NCBI GenBank assembly: GCA_030141605.1
Contig: JAQGDQ010000027.1
Span: 248,001 to 312,000, forward strand
DNA length: 64,000 bases
Direction of reading: 5' to 3'
Source of the DNA: Tubiluchus corallicola
Lineage: Eukaryota; Animalia; Priapulida
In this document: positions 24,201 to 36,499 of the stretch, piece after piece
How the letters are laid out: each line of letters opens with the position of its first letter
How positions within the stretch are numbered: the first letter of the stretch is position 1
Position numbers and translations under genes: made by a program
The notes under the pieces: model-generated
Told to the model about the DNA's origin: nothing
Seen by the model: only the letters and a program-made list of their open reading frames with translations
Databases searched by the model: none

Positions 24201-26145
24201 GTTACGTCGCAAGTGGGGTGATCTGGATCCACCAACACTAGAACAGGTAGACGACTACGTCCATCGTGTTATCAATGAGCTTGAGCAAACAACAGAAGAT
24301 GATCATACTGCTCTACAGGAAGCAAAGTTGGCGCAGAAGCGCTGGTATGATCGGCTCACAACTACGCGTGCATTAGAAGTTGGCCAAGAAGTTTTAGTAC
24401 TACTTCCCGAGGCTCACAACAAGCTGTCTAAACATTGGCGCGGACCTTATCAGGTAGTGGACAAAATTTCTGAGCATACTTACAAAGTCGCCATTACTGG
24501 TCGTGGCAGAAAGAAAAGAACTCAGACATTCCACATCAATCTCCTCAAACCGTATATCAGACGCTCGGAGAGTTTAGCTTTGTACTCTCAGTGTTTGGAA
24601 TCAGGATATGAATTCCCAGGGGTCGATGATTTGCACTCAGACACCCAAGTTTCTGACTCTTTCGCTGACATGCTCCAAGCTGCCCACCTCCCAGAGGAAG
24701 CATTTACGCCAGGAGCCCAGCAAACACAATTTGTACATGATGTAGCCATCCCCAAGTACTTGTCTGCAGAACAAAAGATAGAACTCCAAATGGTGCTTCA
24801 GGATTACAGTGATATTTTTACAGATATCCCTGGACGCACATCCTTGATTAAGCACAAGATCCTGTTAGCACATGAAGATTGCAAGCCTGTATATCAGAGA
24901 GCCTACCGGATTCCACAAGCCCGGAAAGAATTGGTGAGAAAAGAAATTCAAGAAATGGAGAAGATTGGTGCTATCCGGAAGTCTGAATCTCCATGGTCTT
25001 CACCAGCTCTGCTTGTCCCGAAAGACCAGGGAACCGCAATAAGATTTTGCGTAGACTATCGTCAAGTCAACAAGTTGACACTCTTCTTGCAGTACCCAGT
25101 TCCAAGGACTGACGAACTCCTTGATCAGATGCATGGAGCAGAATGGATTTCTGTGATTGACATGACAAAGGCATACTGGCAAGTCCCACTGGCAAAAGAG
25201 TCACAGCCAGTATCTGCCTTTGTCACGGATTTTGGCAAATGGGAGTTTACGGTGATGCCGTTTGGTTTGCAAAATGCTGCACAAACAGCCCAGCAGTTGG
25301 CGGATATCATTTTGGAGAATGTGGTTAACCATGCCCGTGGGTACATAGATGACATCTGCATCCACTCGAATACCTGGAAGGAACATTTAACACATATCCG
25401 GATGGTTCTGGAGTGTTTGAAAGCTGCTGGATTGACAATCAAGCCAAAGAAATGTACATTTGCTCAGAAGGAGGTAGACTTTCTGGGGTATGTGGTTGGC
25501 CGAAATAGATTGCGTCCACAACCAAGGAAGGTGGAAGCCATCGCCAAATTTCCACGACCTGAAACTAAGACCCAAGTACGCTCGTTCCTAGGTCTTGTTG
25601 GTTTTTATAAAAGATTCATTCCCCAATTTAGTGAAAAAGCTCTACCTTTGTTTTCTCTTACACAGAAAACTGCCCCAAACAAAGTCCAATGGACTGAAGA
25701 GTGCGAGAAAAGTTTTGTCACTCTTCGTGATTTTCTTTTGTCCGACTGTGTTTTGCATAGTCCCGACTTCAGTAAGCCATTCATTGTCAGTACAGATGCT
25801 TCTGGTTCAGGCATTGGGGCCATTCTTAGTCAAGAATTGACGCCAGGAGAGGAAGCCCCTATCACCTATCTCAGCCGCAAACTTACAAAGTCTGAACAAA
25901 ATTACTCAACAATTGAGCTGGAACTTTTGGCCATAGTTTATGCTATTGGCAAGCTTAATTATTACCTTGAAGGCAGACAGTTTTCAGTGAGGACAGACCA
26001 TGCTCCCCTCACGTACTTACACAAAATGGCCAACCAAAACAGGAGAATAGCAAGATGGAATTTGCTTCTCCAAAACTATACTTTTGATGTTATTTATCGC
26101 CCGGGAAAACAAAACCTCCCAGCTGATGCACTATCACGCATATAG
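21274..26145 (+). CDS. Gag-Pol polyprotein (gag with SCAN-like capsid and CCHC knuckle, protease, integrase, reverse transcriptase, RNase H), 1623 aa
   Basis: PESYRVTFRDL...LLVYEQFMAILP...EAAEKADAY (SCAN-like); CYHCGKVGHVSNAC; LRDTGA; integrase H-H-CPAC, IDLIGP, SDRG, ERFN, WRGPY; RT FCVDYR, MPFGL, YIDD; RNase H TDAS, ELELLA, TDH, ADALSR. Confidence 0.97.
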   Translation: MSHKATFTPVSLNYETVETLKVIAREIGISVLPRTKLTLIDAILKQQAMLNSLQGPGMSVTGHSAVEKLLTESEEEDREGKEEEEDEKEEETLGAALMTTPGPPELSRIAPTPLFKGKGRGTFSGANVAGNYDLAGVQTQDQATLILQLEKMRLENELSMRELELRERRECREHELRMAERTDRPASTAALTPTPDERIFSAVNEKRLKLRPYKEGQGETILEWLTYFEKTCAVNSIPMTRYCASLAPHLSGKACHAFQLVDDEDLHDYEKVKQAILQAYLISPESYRVTFRDLIKKKDETCAQVLVRLRQAAKNWGKSLSVSTVEEAIDLLVYEQFMAILPAEVALWLKKNAVYDLDEAAEKADAYMSAQNPRSSLSRFKPPAPDNCRRQFSDSKRNTFSPPAANRNVTCYHCGKVGHVSNACSLKRAQRTGVTPPEKPKTPYKQLLALKPSEAVMLATAEVGPTQCVTGHPYFHATLNGVNVLGLRDTGASRSVANPSYVRDDQYLKDVYHDLRCIHDCNKSCPVAVVEVSSPYATGFLTVAVVSSSPVPLLLGNDFMAEIKPMMAGETCLNKPIWSSLTADVKKKPNNTVEDPSTQKATYAMAVKGETKRKRQRSHPDKRSQTLNFVLPVTTRAKAKILAEDAKAEARTQMQSERDVPLPFIKENTASKQQSVLDSLSKAKLAEEQKADVTLRNWLDHVKPKNECIESKSGYYLEDGVLHVITKAHGTILHRLALPKARRQEVIKLAHDGLTSAHQGQKKTWDRIASQYCWPGMRKQVESYVKSCPACQKTSRVMKKDRAPLKPHPVVKEPFSTICIDLIGPMPRTKAGHKYALVIVDQATRYPDAYPLKTETASEVAKALLQFICRHGVPRTIQSDRGTQFTSTLIADLEQALGVKGIFSTPYHPESQGVTERFNSSLKNSIRKLLQTQRSMEWDELIPFVLFAYREVPQESLKYSPFELVYGFPVRGPMAALRRKWGDLDPPTLEQVDDYVHRVINELEQTTEDDHTALQEAKLAQKRWYDRLTTTRALEVGQEVLVLLPEAHNKLSKHWRGPYQVVDKISEHTYKVAITGRGRKKRTQTFHINLLKPYIRRSESLALYSQCLESGYEFPGVDDLHSDTQVSDSFADMLQAAHLPEEAFTPGAQQTQFVHDVAIPKYLSAEQKIELQMVLQDYSDIFTDIPGRTSLIKHKILLAHEDCKPVYQRAYRIPQARKELVRKEIQEMEKIGAIRKSESPWSSPALLVPKDQGTAIRFCVDYRQVNKLTLFLQYPVPRTDELLDQMHGAEWISVIDMTKAYWQVPLAKESQPVSAFVTDFGKWEFTVMPFGLQNAAQTAQQLADIILENVVNHARGYIDDICIHSNTWKEHLTHIRMVLECLKAAGLTIKPKKCTFAQKEVDFLGYVVGRNRLRPQPRKVEAIAKFPRPETKTQVRSFLGLVGFYKRFIPQFSEKALPLFSLTQKTAPNKVQWTEECEKSFVTLRDFLLSDCVLHSPDFSKPFIVSTDASGSGIGAILSQELTPGEEAPITYLSRKLTKSEQNYSTIELELLAIVYAIGKLNYYLEGRQFSVRTDHAPLTYLHKMANQNRRIARWNLLLQNYTFDVIYRPGKQNLPADALSRI

Positions 26146-26373
26146 ATCAACTTGGTCTTTGAGATTTAATCTGCCAACCGTGCAGAAGTGATTTTTGATG
26201 GAGACACAAATATTTCTCAGTATGGCTCTGTTGAGGGTGCACTCACACGTAAAATATGTTGCACTGCAATGCATTTGCACCCACTAGCACCATTTTTTTA
26301 AATATATGCCCATATACTTGGAGTATCTTTTGAGTATCTGATGCTAGTTACACTGTCATGCAGATACTCTCTT

Positions 26374-26385
26374 AGGAGGGGCGAA
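26374..26385 (+). promoter_or_regulatory. polypurine tract
   Basis: AGGAGGGGCGAA immediately before the 3' LTR. Confidence 0.85.
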
Positions 26386-27470
26386 TGTTATGAACAGTTT
26401 ACTATACATGAATGTTTAGCTAGTATTATGAATAGGTACTGTAAGTACTGCGGGTTGGGAAAGCCACACACCTGTCCTTCAACAAGTGCATAAGTTGGAA
26501 ACCAGGTTGTCGTCCTAGTTTTATTTCGACGGTTTCAGTCGGCATGTCTATAGCTATGAAGTAAAGACGTTTGCTCTGTACGTGTTACCTGCGGACTATG
26601 TAATGTGTTGCAGTTTGGCATTTAGCATTATATATAGCTGTGATTACAGTTAAAGGACAGCAACGTTCTCGAGCAGTCTAGATACGTTGTGATACATTTT
26701 GTGTACCATCGGAGTTTACAGCCAAATGGATACTGGGGATAATTTGCTTAAGCCGTTATGGAGTTACTACTGTTCATGTGGAAAGTTTGGACTGAATATC
26801 ACTGCATACATTTACCTGACGCTAGCCTCTGAGAAAGTTAAACCATTCACGATGTCATCTCACCTACCTCATAGACGGGACAGTGCACACTTCGTTTCCA
26901 GTGACGTCACCAGTGATTATGTGGCATGCCAAGACGTTAATGGACAGTAAACCATCTCAGCGTGGACAGGTTTTTCGGTGCACCTCCCAGGGAAAGGGTA
27001 ATTAGTGAGTACCTAGTGTATTAGAATTTAATTTGTTTATCTTTAGTTGGGTTTTGCCTCGTATTTATCTGATTGATTTCGAAAAGTATCATTTTGATCA
27101 TCACAAATTTGTTAATTAAATTTTGATCGTTCTTTATACACAAAATATGTATCTTGGAGTGCGTTTCTTTGTGAACGTTTAAAAAGTATTTGAATAGTGA
27201 AAATATTATGAATAGTTCACACTTTGTTAGCTAAACACAATAACAGCAACTCAAGGCCGACACTTAAGATCCCACTCGTGATTCGAACCCACATCTTTTA
27301 TCTCAAGGTACGCCCCGTAGAAGTACCTATGAGAAACTTATTCAGTTTCTAAACTACTAACATCTGTGTACTACCTCACCGCTCGGCTAGGAGTACTAGT
27401 TTGGGAATTGCTGAAGTAAATCTGATCTAAATAAAGAACAGAAAACCAACAAGTAAAACCCGGCGTCACA
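26386..27470 (+). repeat. 3' LTR
   Basis: 1085-bp direct repeat of 19995-21079. Confidence 0.96.
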
Positions 27471-28249
27471 CCCACGCTTAAATAGGTCAAATTCCTAACC
27501 TGCTTAAACAGCGTAAATTAAAGTGATGATATAGTAGATTTCCCGAAATAGATAAAAGTAATAACTATAAATCTTCTGTCATAGATTAAATAATTTCAAC
27601 CTGCGTAATTTTTGCAATTTGCCACGATTCTGATCGATGTTGTCTTACATGCAAACAAATATTCTAGTCCTCTGTAAGTACCCTGAGCTTTGTGGACTTT
27701 CCTTATTGTCTATAGTCATATAAAGTTCTGAAAGGCAATTTATATGTTCATGATTTAAAGTGTTAGCTTTATTTTTTATGCTAAGTTTACGCCAATGAAT
27801 ATGTATTTTTGTATTGTGCTTTCATGCACGTGTGTATGTGGAGAATAAATAAAATAAGAAAGAAAATAAACTGAGTACCAAAATACCCAGTCTCTGGATT
27901 ATATTTAAGTATCGAGTATAACCAATTTCGAACTAGCCAACTTCGCCAGACTGAGCCGATCAATGATCCGAACGTTTCGCAGCTTCTCAACTAAACTGAG
28001 TAGACTGATTTCACAATTTACTTCTAAATAAGGAAGCCATTTACAACGCAATCATCAACCAATGCAACGCCTCAGCTCTATTAACAGCCATTTTGTGCCC
28101 ATTTTGTCCTAAGTTTTTTTTGAGAGGGACTGTAATGTACATTCATATAACACTTTATTTTAGGCGCCTTTAGGCAAATTTTGTACTCAAACACTTAGTC
28201 TTATAGAGCATTATTTCATGATAACAATTTCCTAATAGCACTGACTAAA

Positions 28250-28620
28250 TGTCAATGACAAAAATAATGACAATGGATAAAAATGGCACAATGAAAAACA
28301 AGAAAAAAGAAAGGCAGAACACAACGTTTCAAACTACCACGTAGGGTCTACTTCTTCTTCAGGTGAACAAAAAAGGGCAAAAAAGTCACAAGGAATTACT
28401 AGAACTAGTAAACTAATTTTTGGTGGAGTTTTTGTTAAAATTTGTAGCACATAAAAAGGATGTCACACTAGAAAGGATACAAACACGTAAGAAAAACAAC
28501 GAAGTACAACAGACAAAAACACAAGTGAGAAACACAGACGTGCAAGATCACCAGCCACAATCAAAGATAGTATGGAACACAATAGAAACATTCCTTTTAT
28601 TCAGTCATCAATAATTTCCT
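28250..28620 (-). mobile_element. Penelope-like element terminal (pLTR) fragment with hammerhead-like core
   Basis: Minus strand CTGAAGA...GAAACGTTG at 28362-28322, in a T-rich context typical of PLE termini. Confidence 0.4.
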
Positions 28621-28641
28621 ATTTTACTTTGCTTAGCTAAC

Positions 28642-28876
28642 ATTCAGTGTCGCGAGACACAGCGTCACAAATCAATTTCTATATCTGCAAATGATACAGC
28701 GACTCAGCAATTTACTACTAAAAGTAAGTAATATAGTTGCAGAGTAATTTCGCTTGGCTTTTAATTTTACTTAGGAGCAATTTGATTCGGTTGTGCAACA
28801 CGCTAACAGCTCAAACTAAAAAAAAGAAAATGACAGCGTAGAAGAGTGTAAATTAGAAAAGAATTTAACGCGTACA
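28642..28876 (+). repeat. dispersed direct repeat, copy 1 (copy 2 at 30703-30932)
   Basis: Shared core TTTTAATTTTACTTAGGA.CAATTTGATTCGGTTGTGCAA.ACGCTAACAGCTCAAACT. Confidence 0.8.
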
Positions 28877-30702
28877 TGTTTAGTACAGTCGAAAGGCTTA
28901 ACAGCACACATGCCTAAAAGGAAAACCGGACACAATCTTAAATTACATCTAAAAGTAATTTTCTTTAAAGAAGATTCAAAGAGAACATCCTATTTTTTTA
29001 AAGAATAACTTACGTTATTACCACAGAAAGGTTATTTGTTGTTCGCGCGGCTAGTTTCTTTGCTGTTTCATACATACATACATTTCACCATTCGCTCCTT
29101 ACATGCGCATTAGCGCCTGTATCTCGGAAAAAACAGATACTGTACCTCTCGGTCAGAAGGTGTTCAGTTGTGATGTAGTGCACACATTCGATAGCTCATT
29201 AGTAAATACAGCGGTAAACTTGAAATTTGAATTTAAAACTTAAAATTTGCCAATCTTTGCATATCACAACGAATCTTGCACAGTATCTCTGTGCTTCAAT
29301 TTTTACTTTTGCAAACACCTGCACTCATGAAATGTTTGCGCCGTTGACAATTGTCAGAAACGCTTTGGCATTATTATAGGTGTTAAAATGTATACTTTTT
29401 ACTGTACTTCAAAATGGAGTAGAACATGAAAAGTCATCCAGTTTTCCTTTAAATAACAGAAACATTGTCTTGCAGATTTTTGCTCAATAACCTTTGCTTG
29501 ACATTTGTAACGAATAAAATGAAAACTTTAGTATGCGATTACGAAAGAAAATGTGCCACAAGCAAGAAGCCAGAAAAGTGAGTGTGCATTAGAGAGCGCC
29601 ATTATCACCGAGTTGACATTCTTCGTGCATTCACAATTTACATTCTAAAAGTTTGCATGAAAAACGGAAGCTTTTAGTTTAGATCTCAAGATGATGACTA
29701 TTACGGTGCAGAGAGTGTTCAAGAAAAGCACAAATAAAACAAGAAACAAGAGGAATGAGAGATTCACAATATCTACATATTTTAATTTTTGTGCCCAACA
29801 ATTCGGGATCCATTAAGCGCAGTCATGTTGTTGGAGTTGTTGTCACACTTATGAATTTGTCTTTGAAAACTGTCATAGTCCACAGTTTTCGCAGTAAGAG
29901 GCTGAATGTATGAAGATATTATGGACAACTGTGCTGACCGTAACGGAGTCCTATTTTTCATTTTCAGCATACGACCCTTAAATATACCCTCAAATGAACA
30001 AATGGGACGTGCCGGATTCAACCAGATTAGTGCTTCAATTCTAGATTAAAAGAGGTTTCATAAATCATAAATGTAGACCAATATAACTATTTGCATAGGT
30101 TATATACATCTAAAATTATGAAAACAGAAAACTAATTTAAACTAAAATAAAGGAGTTCCAAAAATTATTTCCATCAACCTGCTACTGATTTCAGCTCTAA
30201 ACCAGTTATAACCTAACTAATGAATATGGCAAATATCTTTGGATGACACGTTTTTTTGTATGTTTTTCAAGAAGGTTTATATTTATTGATGTGTTCTATG
30301 CATGCGGCCAATAATGAGGCAGTAAGAAATCAACATTGTTGTGTTGTGTAAACTCGTGTGGGATATTTTTCTGGCACAGCAAAAACCATAACATACTTCA
30401 AAGGACATTACCAAAACAAACCACACGCACTTAGGTGTTTATCCGGCGTTATTTTTCGGACGGGGTGGGGAAAATAAATACAAAAACTAGTGCCCTCGCA
30501 GTACGAACCGTTGAAAAGATCAAAAGTTGTCGATGAAAACTTGCTCCGGACCTACCTACTCACGCAGAAGTGGTTTAGCAAATCGGTTTATCTAGCCCAC
30601 AGTACTCGGAAATTGTCTACGTACGCTGAAGTTTGTCACGTTTCACAATACTTAATAATTAAACAACAGCGCAGGTTAAGTGTGAAAAAAGCAATTCCTA
30701 AT

Positions 30703-30932
30703 TTCAGTGTGAAATTTGCTAACAGTGTGACAACCAATTTTCTATTGCTGCGACTCAGCAAGTCGCTTAGTTAAATTTACTGAAGTATAATACGGTTGCG
30801 ATGTAATTTCACTTGATTTTAATTTTACTTAGGATCAATTTGATTCGGTTGTGCAAGACGCTAACAGCTCAAACTTGAAAAAGAAAATGGCAGTGTAGAA
30901 AAGGATAAATTAGAAGAATTGTAATGGCGTAC
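30703..30932 (+). repeat. dispersed direct repeat, copy 2
   Basis: Aligns with 28642-28876. Confidence 0.8.
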
Positions 30933-31460
30933 GTCGTTGGACATGCGAAAACTGGTGAATCTCTATATATAGTATCGTATTTAGTGTTTGACATACTAAC
31001 ACTCTTTAACTTGTATAGTTCATCTATAACCCCTCACATTGTTTTTCATGCTCATTAATGCTATTGCTAACAACAGTTAAATGTGTTTAACTGGAATTAT
31101 AACCCATTGTGACTGTGTATTTTTAATATGAACCGTTTGGCTGTAATATAACAAATGCAATAAAGAGTTTTATAATCACTATTATAAGCGTATATTCGGC
31201 AACATTCTACAACGAAATGTGCAAAATGCAAATACAGGTCGGCTTACAGTGACTAGACATGACATAACGTAGGTTGCTAGTATTTGCATTCGACTGAAGC
31301 TTCCTAACGCTGACTTTTAACATAGATTTGGCCAATGTGGGACTGCAATCCGTAAACATAAGTACACGGAAGCCACGTGTGGCCTCGTAATCGCCACATA
31401 AACATTCCTGCTGATCAGTGCAACATAAAAAGTTCAAGATGCTCTCCTTTACATGATCCA

Positions 31461-32030
31461 CACTAGCATTTAGGTATGTTTCCCAAACTTGAACTGCACA
31501 GTTTTTTTGTTAAACAGTGCTCTATTTAAACACAATATTTCGACATAAATTACTGTCTCCTGCAGGTATTAGCTAAAATAAAATAAATTCAACCTTTTCA
31601 CAGACAGCCTTTAAAAAGCGATTTTTTTAAACGTCAAAAATGAATTAAGATAATTTTCAAAGAAAAGTTTAAAAAGATGACCTAATTCACAAAGCAGGAA
31701 AGTAGTAAACAAATTTTTAAAACTTTTAATTAAGACTGGATTAAGATCATCGCTTGGAAAGAGCATCAATATTTTTTTTAAATGTCGAGCCGATTCATGA
31801 AACAACATTTTAACTGATAGACAAAAAAGAAAAAAATGTCTTTTGACTTATCTTTATTTATTTTTAACGTTTTAAAAAAATGCTGTTTGAAGACTGTCTG
31901 TAAAATTTTTGATTTATTTTATTTTAGCTAAGACTTGAAGAAGACAGCAATTTATGCCAAAAAATATTGTGTTAAGTATTTAACAACAAATCTGCACTAT
32001 TCAAGTCGGAAAAACATACATAAATTCTAA
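31461..32030. mobile_element. foldback MITE
   Basis: Inverted arms, e.g. TTAGCTAAAATAAAATAAAT/ATTTATTTTATTTTAGCTAA, AACACAATATTT/AAATATTGTGTT, ACAGACAG/CTGTCTGT. Confidence 0.7.
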
Positions 32031-35000
32031 TTTTCCAATCTAGCTATACAAAAATACAGATGATATATTACATCCTGCCAAACAAGCCTTATCTATAGGA
32101 TTTACAATATCTCAACGCCTTGCAGAGGTAAGCCAGACTGAGTGATGTGGAAGTAACTGTAGCTTGAACCCCGAACACCACAATACGATAATTCTTATAA
32201 GCCTACACAGAAGAGAAAGCCTGTGAAATATGGTTGACATGGCTAATAAATGCTTCGCGTTCACTGAGCACAATAACTCCCTCAAGAATAGGCCAAGTAG
32301 AAGAGAGCATAACGAGATGAGTAATAGGACAATATTGCTGAAACCTTTCATCAATACGCTGGCAATAGTGAAACTGATCGTGCCCTCTCAGGCTGTAGCT
32401 ACTGTAATAAGCTTCAGCTGAAGAACGCGTACATTGTAAAAATGCATATTAGGCCTATTAAAGTATCGTGATCTAAGTTGGAATAGGCTTATAGCAAATG
32501 CAAGCAGTTGTGTTACGCGTTCACGTATTGTTACACTGATTACACTGTTGTACCTGATGCACTGGTTTGAGATTGTTGCACTAGTGTTTTGCTTCCGCCT
32601 GGCGCACTGGCTTCCATTGCTGCGCTTATACTTAGTTTGTGCCTGGTACATTAGCCTAAAATATTTCACTTGTACTAGTTTGAAATTTGTAGCTGATACA
32701 TTGGCCCTATTCACTGTAAGTCAGACATGTAGTAATATCCAGCAAAACTGTAATCGAAATTTGTGAGCACGAAAGTAATGGTTTTTTTTTCAAAAAAATA
32801 TTTTTGACCGACATGTTTTCAGCACGATGAAATTTTGCAACTAACCTAAAAGCTTTCACCGCCAGCAGCAAAGATCTGTTGACAGAATTTAAGTGCGTCT
32901 GCCAAGATGCTGTTTTAGAAGCACTTGAGCAAAACCATGCACAACTGGAGAACCATACATGCACCAGGACCAAGGATGTGCTTAACCTAATTTGATACTT
33001 TTCAGACATCACGAAGCCTAGTGTATGACCAAAAAAACTTGAAATGTATAAGCTGTGGTTTCTTTCACCAGCATCTGGAAAGTCGTTAATTATTTTGCTT
33101 TGAAGCTTTTCGTGCCTGGCTACTAAAGCGCACTGTGTGGCAAAAAAATCTAACTATAAGTAAATTGACTGCAAGTACTGACTGGAATTACTAAGCTAAC
33201 GGATATATCAGCCTGAGAAAGACTGGTTTTGAACCAGATGACAATGTGTAAGCACAGTAACAATGTTCTTTGTGTCAGATGTTCTATATTTTATCAAAGC
33301 TGGTAACGGCACAGACATTGATAACTTTTCAGATACAAGGAAGCTTAATGTATGACGGTAATAAACTGTTTATGTATTGAATATAGCTTTTTTTTATTTG
33401 GATGTACCAAACAAAACGATGTTTTAACGTTTTAACATTAACCGGAAGGGTGGCGTGGGATGATTGAAACCCTAAACGCAAAACCTTCTCATAAAAATTC
33501 AACTTTGAGTTAAAAATAGTCCAGCTGTGTACGTGCGCAAGACCACGTGGGTGAAGTCAATATAGGTTAGGAAAACTATGCGCTGCAAGACATTTATTAT
33601 TAATGGAGAAATATATGGCCTGGCATTAAATGAACTGTAAACATCGTTGAATAGACTAATTTCCCCCTGGCTTCATCCCTGCATGGGAAGATGGCGGGAA
33701 GACAGCGGCGCTACTCGGCTAAAACAACTCAAGCAAAATTTCAAAGTTTCAATATGTTATATTCTTCAAGATTTAAGCAATATTTCAAGATTTCAAGGTG
33801 TCAAATTTGCTCCAAATTTCACATAACATTTGCCATACAAACAATGCATGTCACAAGTTAACATATGCCATAGCCAAATAATAAAACACTGTTGAAAGTA
33901 GCTAAAATATTAATTTGTAGTTATACCTTAGTAATATGTCCCTTGCATAGGACTACATAGGACCAGTATGAAACCTGTATAGAGTTTAGAAGCCAAAAAC
34001 GGTTTAACTGACCATGTAACTGAGAATATAACTGATCATGTCAAGATTTATAGAGTCTACTCATTTTTCAACTGGCTATTGATGACGTTATAATCTTTAG
34101 CAGCAACATTAGGGTAAGCTGCTGGAGCCAATTGCGCAGGAATTCACAACGAAGTAACGTTTGAAATTGAATTTAAGTCCTTGAGAATTAGGTATTGTTT
34201 TAATCTCATCTATTACGTGTTTATCGACATGAATTAATTTTATTACAGTCATTCTAGAAACATGTATCAACAGCATTCCATATTATTTACAGGGAAATAT
34301 AGTTTGCGGAACATCAAGCTTCTACGGTTCACTGAGTAAACGTAATGACTGCTTTACTACTAAATCACACTCAGTTGACGAGAAAACCTTTTCCAGATAA
34401 ATCTGAAAGCACGCACGAATAGACACAAACGCAAATTGAAAAATGACACCAACATGATATATACGAATGCTCACATAACATAGCCTATCTCAGGAAATGA
34501 AATAAACGAATTTAAATAGTTCAGAAGAGTTAGCAGTCCTATATTATACAGTAACTGCACAGAGGCGCTGACGAAGGCGCATTATAGTTGACATGACTTA
34601 TGCCATAGCTATACACAACGGTGCACTGTATTAGTAAAATATATTATTTAATATTGCTTTGAATAATGAATTAACCTACTAATTAGTTAAACTAACACGT
34701 ATCATCTATGCTTCGGTTTACTGGAGAATTGGCTTTACGAAATGCGTCAGGACTATTAATTTTGAAAGGCAACGAGCAATAAATTTTAAACATTTATAAA
34801 ATGAAATAATAATAATAATTAATGCAGGCATTGGATCGAAATTATTTTTGCACAATCACTTAGGCCTAACGCTAGTAGTGTTTGTAATATTTGTGCGTGT
34901 TTGTGTGTTTCAGCAATGTATGCAGTGTATGCATGTGCAATCTTTTGAAATTTTATCCCGTCCTGTATCCTTGTTCTGTGAAAATGGCTATATTGCTCTG

Positions 35001-36030
35001 AATTATGAATGTTACTTTTGAATATGCGTCACTGAAGATGGACATCTTTTTTCATTAAATAATTACGTAATTAATTTTGGTAGCTTTTAAGCCTCTTTTG
35101 TGCCATGGTGTTGCTACAGCCTTTAACTTAATAATTACGTAATTGTTTGCAACTTTTTTGTAAAGATTCAATCTGATGTTTGCTAATTAATTAAACTAAA
35201 ACTTAAAATTAAATTTAGAAGGCGCAAAACAAATTTGTTTTTAAATATAAGTTTACAACACCCCAAAACTTATAAGTTGTCGTTTCACTGAAGCGTAAGG
35301 TAAAGCGCAGGCTTAATTATTTAGTTAGATAGACAGATAAAATATTAATTAACTAACATAAAGGTATTTACGGTTGGCAAAAATGAATTTCCATATTTTA
35401 ATCTTTTCTTGTTGCTTACTTTTGCAGGTGCTAGTTTATCCTGTAGTGCGTGATTATGCTACAAGCTTACGGCGGATTAATTATACTTTCAAATTATTTC
35501 TCCAGACTTACTGCCTGTAAATATAAGTATTGACATTTTTCCTAATTATATTTATGCATTAGGGCTGAAAAAGACTCTACACAGTCAGAAATCCTGAATT
35601 TGCAACTTTTACTTTGCGCGAACAATAAAATATTTATTCATATATACAGTTAAATAACTTGCGTGTAAATCGATAGGTATTATTGATTTTGCGAAATTAA
35701 TAAAAGCACAAAAGGTAATTTTCATAGTGGCGCCTGAATACATACCTGCAGAAGTCTACTTGCGATAAATTAATGATATTAGAACGCTTATTTCCACCTT
35801 TACTAGTGTTAAATTATCGTCATTTTATAACGCATCCTACCTGGGTTGTATGAATGTATTTTTAACGACAGTCAAATGGCCCTTCCCTTAGAATTTTTCC
35901 TTGAATTAAAGGAAAACCGGGTGATTGTGTAAACACGAGTTCAGAATAAAGAAATATTCTGAAATATTCTAAAATATTGAAAACTACAATAGCTTATTCT
36001 AAATCAAAGCTTAAATTAAATAACAATTAC

Positions 36031-36320
36031 CTCGGATACTCAAATTTCGTTAAACTTTCAAAGCTATGCGCGGCTCAGTGAATCTACTAAGATTAGCAAC
36101 GGCGCCTTTTTGCCACATGCGCGTGGCCGACGAATAGAAGACGGTACCGTGATAACCATGATTATGAACTCAGGGTTAATTTCTGACGTCATATAACGTA
36201 AAGCCCATTTTTCGTGATATGACGCGCTTAAGCAGTACTGTAACACCTATGCAAATGTGCTTGATGCGCAAGAGAAGACGCCTGCTATTGCACAAACTGT
36301 GGTTAGTTTCTGACGTAAGC
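36031..36320 (-). promoter_or_regulatory. candidate CpG-rich promoter and first non-coding exon (possibly of the SLC7 gene)
   Basis: Local CpG enrichment; perfect CRE TGACGTCA at 36184-36191; half site TGACGTAA at 36311; minus-strand donor GAG|GTAATT at 36031/36030. Confidence 0.35.
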
Positions 36321-36499
36321 AATAGCTGTGTTCGGTTGCCGTTAATTAACTTTCTAAGGTAATTAATCAAATATAAGGAACATTTGTTAATTTTCATAGG
36401 GAAGAAAATGTATATTTTGAGCAGTTAATTAAAATGAGACTGAGTCTAAACAATCGTCTTGTTTTCCTTTCACTGAAGTGACGGGAACAAAAAGCAAAG

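Larger units (their letters stand above)
19995..27470 (+). mobile_element. full-length Gmr1-like Ty3/Gypsy LTR retrotransposon
   Basis: Two 1085-bp TG...CA LTRs, PBS, PPT and an intact polyprotein with integrase upstream of RT. Flanks are CCCAA / CCCAC. Confidence 0.96.

Noticed and set aside
22131-25840. Antisense and alternative-frame ORFs within the retrotransposon
   Set aside because: Short shadow ORFs of the polyprotein with no motifs.
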